Of a DNA stretch of 25,471 bases, positions 18,764 to 25,471 are shown piece after piece; position 1 is the first letter of the stretch, and each line of letters opens with the position of its first letter. Under the pieces are notes generated by a model. That model was not told where the DNA came from and did no database searches. It was given only the letters and a program-made list of their open reading frames with translations. Source of the stretch: Gemmatimonadota bacterium (GTDB lineage Bacteria > Latescibacterota > UBA2968 > UBA8231); contig JAYPJE010000005.1 of NCBI GenBank assembly GCA_038128265.1, positions 87,589-113,059 on the forward strand, given 5' to 3'. Made by a program: the position numbers and the translations under genes.

Positions 18764-20275
18764 TTACTTCTTGCCGCCAGCGGCCTTTTCCCGCCCCTTG
18801 AGAGCAGATTCCAAAAAGTGGCACGCCGTGCGCAGCACTTTGATGCGCGCAAAGCGCTTGTCGTTTCCCTCAACCAGCGTCCAGGGAGCGACGCCGGTGC
18901 TGGTCCGGGAGACCATTTCGTCAACCGCTTCTTCGTACTGATCCCACTTCTCGCGGTTGCGCCAGTCTTCGTCTGTTATCTTCCAGCGCTTGTAGGGGGT
19001 ATTCTCACGCGACTTGAAGCGGCGTAGCTGTTCGTCTTTGGTTATGTGAATCCAGAATTTGATCAGGACGGCACCGCCCTCCACCAGCTGCTCTTCAAAA
19101 TCGTCAATTTCCGCGTAGGCGCGCTTCCATTCCGATTCGGTGGCAAAACCCTCCACGCGTTCAACGAGCACTCGGCCATACCAACTGCGGTCAAATAGGG
19201 TGACCCGGCCGGCGCGCGGCAGATGGCGCCAAAAACGCCATAGGTAGTGGCGCGCCTTTTCCTCATCGCTGGGCGCCGCAATGGGAATCACCTTATACTG
19301 ATAGGCGTCAAGCGCCGAAACTAAACGGCGGATCGCGCCGCCCTTGCCAGCGGCATCAGCCCCTTCGAATACGAAAATCGTCGACAGCCTGCTGCGCCGG
19401 GCTTCTAGCGTTAACTGGTTGAGGCGCCCCTGGTATTTTTCCAACTGCACTTTGTAGTCTTTTTTCGCCAGCTTTTGGTCCATGTCCAAATGGTTCAGCA
19501 CATTGACGGTGCCGATACCCGTACTAACGGACCTCACAGCGGGCCTGCGCTGGGTGGGGCGCACTGCATTCAGCTTGGCCTGCAGGGCTTCGCATACGAC
19601 TCGAGCTACGGTTAGCGTGCGATAGTTATGGTCTTCCCCTTCGACCAGGCACCAGGCCGCTCCATCCGTATTGGTCTTGTGGATCAGTCGATCAGAAGCT
19701 ACCTCAAACTGATCGTACATCCTCCAGTTTTCTTTTTCGTGCTCGGTAACGCGCCAGCGCGTTAGCGGATCTTTTGCCAGTGCATCCAACCGCTTTTTCT
19801 GCGCCCTCTTGCCCAGGTGCATCCAGAACTTGAGAATGAGCGTTCCGTCGTCGACCAGCCCCTTCTCAAAGGTGGCAATACGGTTGAGATCGCGATCGTA
19901 GTCAGCCAAGTTAGAGCGGCCGTAAACGCGATCAGATAGGGGGCGCGAGTACCAGGCGCTGAGATAGATCGCCACATCTCCTTTGGGCGGAAGCGTGCGC
20001 CAGTAGCGCCAGTATTCGGGGCGCTCGCGCTCATCTTCGGTGGGGCTGCCAAAAGCGTGCGTAGAAATTCCGCGCGGATCCATCCAGTCGTTGAGCGTAT
20101 TGGCCGTCTCGCTCTTACCTGCTCCATCCACGCCGCCAAACACAATTATTACCTGAAAATGCCGCTCTCGGCGCAGCTCCTGCTGTACTTTTAGCAATTT
20201 GGTGCGCAGCACGGCGGACTGCTCCCTAAAATCCGCCCGCGCCACCTTGCGACCCAGCTCCGCTGTTTCAAACAT
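18764..20275 (-). CDS. pap: Polyphosphate:AMP phosphotransferase (two-domain PPK2)
   Basis: Start MFETAELGRK; two PPK2 domains with P-loops GVDGAGKS and GADAAGKG; FDRSWYGRVLVERVEG, WKITDEDWRNR. Confidence 0.93.
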   Translation of the reverse strand: MFETAELGRKVARADFREQSAVLRTKLLKVQQELRRERHFQVIIVFGGVDGAGKSETANTLNDWMDPRGISTHAFGSPTEDERERPEYWRYWRTLPPKGDVAIYLSAWYSRPLSDRVYGRSNLADYDRDLNRIATFEKGLVDDGTLILKFWMHLGKRAQKKRLDALAKDPLTRWRVTEHEKENWRMYDQFEVASDRLIHKTNTDGAAWCLVEGEDHNYRTLTVARVVCEALQAKLNAVRPTQRRPAVRSVSTGIGTVNVLNHLDMDQKLAKKDYKVQLEKYQGRLNQLTLEARRSRLSTIFVFEGADAAGKGGAIRRLVSALDAYQYKVIPIAAPSDEEKARHYLWRFWRHLPRAGRVTLFDRSWYGRVLVERVEGFATESEWKRAYAEIDDFEEQLVEGGAVLIKFWIHITKDEQLRRFKSRENTPYKRWKITDEDWRNREKWDQYEEAVDEMVSRTSTGVAPWTLVEGNDKRFARIKVLRTACHFLESALKGREKAAGGKK

Positions 20276-20484
20276 ATTCGCTTTCCCAAAAACTGTGGTC
20301 GGCGCCAACCGCGCCGATATATATAGATATTAAATTAATAGAGTTAGGTCTACACTGCGCACCCCTCAATAGGGCCCTATGCGTTTGCATAGCCCTGCCT
20401 GAGGACCTATCTTTTTTCATCTGAACGTTCTTGCTTTTCGTCGCCGATAGAAGAGAGCGCTCGCGTTCGATTTGGAGGTAACCT

Positions 20485-20856
20485 ATGAAAGTTCTCGTAG
20501 TTGATGACTCGCCGACCATGCGCCGCATCGTAGTTCAGATGCTGAAGAGGCTGGGCTATGGCAAAATAGTGGAAGCGGATCACGGCAAAGATGCACTCAA
20601 CCGACTGTTGACAGACGGCGATTTCGAATTGCTGTTGACCGATTGGAACATGCCGATTATGAACGGCCTCGAGCTGGTGCAGGCCGTCCGCTCCAACCCG
20701 AAAATTTCGAACATACCCATACTGATGGTCACCACGCGCAATATGAAACAGGACATCGTGGCAGCCATGCGCGCCGGTGTCAACAATTACGTGACGAAAC
20801 CTTTTGATCCCAAAACGATCAAAGAGAAGATCGATAAAGTTCTCAGCGCGGTTTAG
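20485..20856 (+). CDS. cheY: Single-domain CheY-like response regulator
   Basis: GGAGG SD; VDDSPTMRRIV, TDWNMPIMNGLEL (phospho-Asp), PILMVT, YVTKPF. Confidence 0.85.
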   Translation: MKVLVVDDSPTMRRIVVQMLKRLGYGKIVEADHGKDALNRLLTDGDFELLLTDWNMPIMNGLELVQAVRSNPKISNIPILMVTTRNMKQDIVAAMRAGVNNYVTKPFDPKTIKEKIDKVLSAV

Positions 20857-20912
20857 TGTTCGCACACTTAGCAACCGCCCGCGCGTTGTAGTATCTCCTG
20901 CCCCGGGATAGT

Positions 20913-22112
20913 ATGGCGGACATTAAAGCCCATTTAGACAAACTAAGAAAACGCGTCACAGCACAGAACGGAACGGTCTTAGACAGCGTAGAAGGCATCG
21001 TCGAACTCAACGATCTCGACGAAGAAGGTGCACCGCGCAGAGGGCCGGTCCTCGTATTGCGCAGCATTGCAGCGGGCGCACAGCTTCAATTGGCTCACCC
21101 GCGCCCGGTAACGGTATTGGGTTCGCTCAGCGGCCAGGTATTCGGGGCCTATCGCATCAAAGCGGGCAACCTGCTCAGCGGCAGGATAGAAGGATGCCGA
21201 CACGTCGAAATCGTCCACAATATGGGCAGTAAAGGTTCGACGAATGAGGACTCTTGGATCGTGTTTGAGGCGACGAGCGATCCCGGATTTTTCGAACAAG
21301 CCCGGCACAGCCTGAAGCGATTAGAAACGCTGGAGAGCAAACAGATCGCCCAGCGCGAGGCCACGGCCCGCAGCATTCTGATGCGCGGGCTAAAAGACTT
21401 TCCCTACCAGCCGCGCATCACCATTGGCAAAGGCAACAACCAAAAGACCGTCTTCGCCATTTCGCTACACAACCAAAAGGTGCAAATCGATCAGATGGCA
21501 CTGCTGCGCCACCTCATAGCCAAAGCCGAGGGCATGCGCGATGAGCAAGAAGGAGCAGCAGACGAAGTCGATCGTTTTAAAAAGGCGCTGACCGATACCG
21601 TCACCGACGGTCTGCGAGCGTCCAATAGCGGCGGCATTGGCGCCAACCTGCGTCGAACGCGCGGAGAAGAATTCTACCTTCCACAGGCCGAACTGATCGT
21701 GGAGTATCTGCTGCCCAAACTGCTCAAACTGTGGCTAAAAGCCGGCGAGGCGTACGCTCAGCGCGTAGTCGACCGACTGGCCAACGCTCCCATGGTGCTC
21801 AAGGTAGACGGCCAATTGGCCCCGTTTTTTCAGGTCGAGTACCCGCGCTGGCAGTTCCACGTAACCGGCGGACGCATCCAATCGGAGAAAATAGCCGACT
21901 GCAATATCGCCTGCCAATTGGGCAGCGACCAAGAGCACACAATGAGCCTTACCTACACCTATGTGGGCGGTGAAGATTGGATAACGCAGACCAAAGAACT
22001 CGACCTAAGGGACGTCAAGGGGTGCAAGCTTATCTTACAGAACGGCAACGTATTTCTCAACGAAGCGAGCAACCACCTGTTTGGACCGGAGCTCAAAGAA
22101 GAGAGCGCCTGA
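20913..22112 (+). CDS. Hypothetical protein with divergent FapA/DUF342-like beta-solenoid and helical insert
   Basis: 399-aa ORF after cheY; solenoid-like GPVLVLRSIAAGAQLQ, VTVLG, GNLLSGRIEGCRHVEIVHNMGS, then coiled coil, then LKVDGQLAPFFQVEY. Confidence 0.55.
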   Translation: MADIKAHLDKLRKRVTAQNGTVLDSVEGIVELNDLDEEGAPRRGPVLVLRSIAAGAQLQLAHPRPVTVLGSLSGQVFGAYRIKAGNLLSGRIEGCRHVEIVHNMGSKGSTNEDSWIVFEATSDPGFFEQARHSLKRLETLESKQIAQREATARSILMRGLKDFPYQPRITIGKGNNQKTVFAISLHNQKVQIDQMALLRHLIAKAEGMRDEQEGAADEVDRFKKALTDTVTDGLRASNSGGIGANLRRTRGEEFYLPQAELIVEYLLPKLLKLWLKAGEAYAQRVVDRLANAPMVLKVDGQLAPFFQVEYPRWQFHVTGGRIQSEKIADCNIACQLGSDQEHTMSLTYTYVGGEDWITQTKELDLRDVKGCKLILQNGNVFLNEASNHLFGPELKEESA

Positions 22113-22119
22113 GCCCAGT

Positions 22120-22164
22120 CGGCCCACGCGCTCACCGCCGCCGTGCGGCCGCCTGTTTTTTTTT
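22120..22164 (+). terminator. Probable intrinsic terminator of the cheY-hypothetical operon
   Basis: Imperfect GC stem cggcc-cacg-cg / cg-c-cgtg-c-ggccg followed by T9 (22156-22164). Confidence 0.6.
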
Positions 22165-22169
22165 ACGAC

Positions 22170-22625
22170 CTACGAACCGAATAGTGCATCGATATCGTCC
22201 TGCGACATATGGTCGTCATCGTCTTTGTTTGCGCTGGTCTCGGAGAGAATATTCTCGTTAAAGCTGGCCCGACTCACATTTAGGTCGGGCGCATTTCCGC
22301 CTTCGCCCAGCAAACAGTCAGACAGGTCTTGCAGAGCAGCGCGCAGAGCCTCCGACTTTTGCGCAATGCGGTCGCCGACCTGCAAAAAGAGCAGCACCTG
22401 CATAAACTGCTGGTCCATGGCCAGCAGCTGCTCGCGCAGCGCAGACGGCACGTTTGGATCGTCCTTGAGAGAGCTCAGCGAATCGGCCACCGCGCTGATA
22501 ACCTCTATGGACTTGCTCAGCGATGCATCGATATCCAAGCTGATATCGCGCGTTCCGCGGTTTATAAACTGGACCAGAGATTCTAACTGCACCATCTGCT
22601 CGCGCGACACGGTTTTCTCCGTCAT
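22170..22625 (-). CDS. CheZ-like CheY-P phosphatase
   Basis: Helical hairpin with LQVGDRIAQK (DxxxQ catalytic motif), acidic linker, C-terminal MSQDDIDALF CheY-binding-type peptide; alternative GTG start at 22634. Confidence 0.7.
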   Translation of the reverse strand: MTEKTVSREQMVQLESLVQFINRGTRDISLDIDASLSKSIEVISAVADSLSSLKDDPNVPSALREQLLAMDQQFMQVLLFLQVGDRIAQKSEALRAALQDLSDCLLGEGGNAPDLNVSRASFNENILSETSANKDDDDHMSQDDIDALFGS

Positions 22626-22885
22626 GGCGCGCACGGGCTTTCTATAGAAGCTGTAATAGGCATACTCATCACGTTCAAATGCATCACTTATATCTTTCCA
22701 ATCGAATCATCCGGTTCTAGCACGAGATAGCCCCCAGGCCTCAGACTATTCCAAAGCGCGGCGGATATTTTCTCCTTAACGGCGCGGTCAAAATAGGATC
22801 AAGCACCGCGAAAAAATGCGAAATCGCAATCGCGATATTCCGCACCGTTTGGTTAAAAGAGCATTAGGCATTGATCATCAAACGG

Positions 22886-24928
22886 CTATGCACTCTTGCG
22901 CATTTCATTGCCTATGCGCTGGATAGCGGGTTTGATAAGACGGGCGATGTGTATGAGGGCATTGATATCGCCACCGCATGTTTTAAGCGTTACTTCGGGC
23001 AAGAAGTAGTGCACGGCCTGGTCTGGCTTCAGACTTGCAGCAGACGAATCAGCCCCATCTGAGGCATCTTTCTGCGCCTCCCCATCCGCTCCTTCGGCTT
23101 GTTGATTCTCTTCACTGAAATCCAATTCGATGGGCGGGGGCGCGCTCGAGCTGGCAGACATATTGGCTTCGCTGAGCATCTGCACCATGGGAAACTTGGC
23201 CTGTTTGGGGTGGACGAACACCGAGCCTCCGACAAAGTCGGCCAACGACATCATCTGCGCAAACAGGTTTGATTCCGAGGGGGTGTGATGGGTCTCGATC
23301 ATCTCCGTTAAGCCCGAGCCGAGCTTCCACGATTCAGAGAGCACCCGCCCCACCAGGTTGTGGTTTGCCCCACCCGCCAGGATGGACTCGCCGACCCACG
23401 TGGGAATATTCCAATTTTGCTTCTGCAACTCCTCCACGATTAGGGGGAAGAGCCCCGGATAGCACTGGACGAGAGCTACTTTGCCAATGTCGTGCATCAT
23501 GCCTCCGACAAAGGGATCTAGCGCCGCAGAATAGGTGAATTTCTCCCACAGCGCCGCCTCCTTGAGCGCGGCGACCGCTTCTTCGCTGAGCTGCAGCTCT
23601 TCAAAGTCTTTCTTGTGTTGCGGCGTCCACTTTGTTTCGTCGTACGTAAACGATAGTATGCGCGCTGCAAGAGCAACGCCGACGCTGTGCAGCCAGTACT
23701 CTTCAACGCTAAAACCCTGTTCCTGGATGCCCTCAAACGAGCGCTTTACCGCGCTGGCTACCACGATTTCCTTAACGGTATTTTTTCCCAGCAAGATCAC
23801 CGCTTTGCTCAAGTCGTTGATCTCGCCCTTAAAACCGTAGAGCGGCGAGCGAGAGCGACGTATCACCTGTGCCTGACTCAGCGGGTCGGTCTCCACGGCC
23901 GCGACCCAATCGTGGATATCGCTCTCTTCGTCTTTGTCAAGCGACACGATTTGGTGGTATACCTGAGGAAGGACGGGCAAATCGACCATATTGCGCACGT
24001 CGTTTTCGATGCGCTTGCGAATCTCGGCAGGCGACGGCAGCTCAGCGGGACCGTCCTGATCTATCGCCGCTACGATTTTTTCTGTTACCAACTGCTCAAA
24101 GTTGTCGCGGAACATGTGGTGGCGCTCAAAGATCGAGACGTCCAGGCGCTCCAAGCCGAAGCGGTCTTTGGTCGACAGCTCGCTCAGGGTCTCACAGGCG
24201 ACAAAAATGCTCATTCCACCGTGGTTGTTAATGCTGGCCAGACGCGCCAACGTAATGCCTCCACCCGGCAGCTGCGAGGAAATAACGACCATCTTGACTC
24301 GGCTCTTGCCAAGGTGCATGTGCTTGCTCAGCTGGCCGGTGCTGTCGGAAATGGTGTAGCCAATCTTAAAATCGTCCATGCGCGCATCTACGCGCCGCAC
24401 GGCACTGGTAGCCGCCGCAAGAAAATCAGCCACATGCTTGTTTTCAGCCGCCATAAGCCGCTCAGGGCTGGCTACCGACTCGCCGAAGAGAATGAGCGGA
24501 AACGTGTCTTCGCGCTCAATGCTGACCACGTGCGTAAAAATTTGGCTGATGCTCATCCGCTCGCGACGGGAGAGCACGGACTTCATTTTTGCGCTCAGCT
24601 GCTGCGGAGTAAAGGGTTTGGTAACATAGGTATCAACGCCCGACTGCAGTGCGCGCAGCACGTCCTCGCGGTTTGCGCGCGCGGTGAACATGATGACGGG
24701 CAGATCGTCGTACTGGGCGGACTTGCGCAATTTCTCGACGAACTGCAGACCGTCTACCGACGGCATGTTCCAGTCGGTCAGGACCAGGTCGATTTCGTTG
24801 TTCTCGAGCTGTTCCCAAGCCTCGGAACCATCTACCGCCTCTACGATATCCTTGATGCCCATGCCCTGCAGCATAGTGCTTATCAGTTTGCGCATGCCTT
24901 GGGCATCTTCGGCTAACAGCACTTTCAT
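22886..24928 (-). CDS. Response regulator with CheY-like REC, degenerate second REC and HDOD domain
   Basis: N-terminal LAEDA, TDWNMPSVDG, MFTA, YVTKPF; HDOD motifs LPVLP, DPLSQAQVIR, SPLYG, AVILLG, WLHS, MHDIGK, HNLVG..L..SW, HH. Confidence 0.88.
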   Translation of the reverse strand: MKVLLAEDAQGMRKLISTMLQGMGIKDIVEAVDGSEAWEQLENNEIDLVLTDWNMPSVDGLQFVEKLRKSAQYDDLPVIMFTARANREDVLRALQSGVDTYVTKPFTPQQLSAKMKSVLSRRERMSISQIFTHVVSIEREDTFPLILFGESVASPERLMAAENKHVADFLAAATSAVRRVDARMDDFKIGYTISDSTGQLSKHMHLGKSRVKMVVISSQLPGGGITLARLASINNHGGMSIFVACETLSELSTKDRFGLERLDVSIFERHHMFRDNFEQLVTEKIVAAIDQDGPAELPSPAEIRKRIENDVRNMVDLPVLPQVYHQIVSLDKDEESDIHDWVAAVETDPLSQAQVIRRSRSPLYGFKGEINDLSKAVILLGKNTVKEIVVASAVKRSFEGIQEQGFSVEEYWLHSVGVALAARILSFTYDETKWTPQHKKDFEELQLSEEAVAALKEAALWEKFTYSAALDPFVGGMMHDIGKVALVQCYPGLFPLIVEELQKQNWNIPTWVGESILAGGANHNLVGRVLSESWKLGSGLTEMIETHHTPSESNLFAQMMSLADFVGGSVFVHPKQAKFPMVQMLSEANMSASSSAPPPIELDFSEENQQAEGADGEAQKDASDGADSSAASLKPDQAVHYFLPEVTLKTCGGDINALIHIARLIKPAIQRIGNEMRKSA

Positions 24929-25012
24929 AGCTCTATCACTTTCGACGTTGACGATTGCTACAGGCTATAACATAGGGCAAATACAGCCATTTATCCAAAT
25001 ACCTACGCTGCC

Positions 25013-25051
25013 AAAAAAAAAGTGCACCGGCCCGTCATAGGCCGATGCACT
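25013..25051 (-). terminator. Intrinsic terminator
   Basis: Minus strand agtgcatcggcc-tatgacg-ggccggtgcact followed by T9. Confidence 0.85.
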
Positions 25052-25071
25052 CTCGTTCGAATCGCCCTGCG

Positions 25072-25471
25072 CTATTCGCTGGCGGGGTAGTCGACGTACG
25101 ACAGCGTGATCTCTGCGCCGTCGTCGCCGCCCAACTGAAAGTGGAAAATACCTGCACCGCTGATAACGAGGTCGCCGATATCATCGCCCGAATCCGAACT
25201 CCAAATAACGGGAGCAGGATCAGAAGGCGGATTCGTTTCCTCGATGATCTGCGCACTGGACTCGCCTCCGCTCACCTCGAAACACCCGGCGACGCGCCCT
25301 TCGGGAAGGCTAATTGCCACGGCATTGCTGCCCGAGCTAGCCACCAGCTGGCGGATGACGTGATTGCCTTCTGCACCGTTGCAGTCGGCCATCTCCCACT
25401 CCGGATCCGTGGGATGGTCACCCTGGTGTTCGCCGTGGTCGCCACCGTGGTCGCCACCGTGGTCGCCACCG
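25072..25471 (-). CDS. Hypothetical protein, 5'-truncated; His/Asp-rich repeat followed by a small acidic beta-rich domain
   Basis: Frame of ORF 25072..25392 stays open to the edge: GGDHGGDHGGDHGEHQGDHPTDPEWEMADC...; terminator follows the stop. Confidence 0.65.
   Translation of the reverse strand, partial: GGDHGGDHGGDHGEHQGDHPTDPEWEMADCNGAEGNHVIRQLVASSGSNAVAISLPEGRVAGCFEVSGGESSAQIIEETNPPSDPAPVIWSSDSGDDIGDLVISGAGIFHFQLGGDDGAEITLSYVDYPASE
25432..25471 (-). repeat. 12-bp tandem repeat GGTGGCGACCAC encoding (GGDH)n
   Basis: At least three consecutive units (gtggtcgccacc on + strand), continuing to the window edge. Confidence 0.9.

Noticed and set aside
20407..20874. 155-aa minus-strand ORF
   Set aside because: Antisense shadow of cheY.
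23687..24916. 409-aa + strand ORF
   Set aside because: Antisense shadow of the REC-HDOD gene.

Overview
GC-rich bacterial chromosomal window with about 22 protein-coding genes (two truncated at the edges) and no rRNA, tRNA, CRISPR or mobile element. Left to right: a lipoprotein RND membrane-fusion gene running off the left edge, preceded by an unannotated 58-aa Fis-like HTH gene whose upstream region is a diverged tandem duplication with two perfect palindromes; a Gfo/Idh/MocA oxidoreductase; an MBL-fold hydrolase; an enoyl-CoA hydratase; an amidohydrolase-xth-hypothetical-Spy/CpxP-like-hypothetical operon; a candidate sRNA/terminator region; an orphan M.MjaV-like m4C methyltransferase just behind a cytoplasmic gamma-glutamyltransferase; ltaE, an AAE17/18-like acyl-CoA synthetase and a permuted TrxR-like/NapH-like Fe-S membrane fusion; a two-domain PPK2 (pap); and a kinase-less chemotaxis-like module (CheY-like, divergent FapA/DUF342-like, CheZ-like, REC-pseudoREC-HDOD). 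A (GGDH)n-repeat protein is cut by the right edge. The most interesting items are the CheY/FapA-like/CheZ/HDOD module and the duplicated palindrome-RBS cassette with its small HTH gene. All family calls come from motifs recognised by eye, not from database searches.
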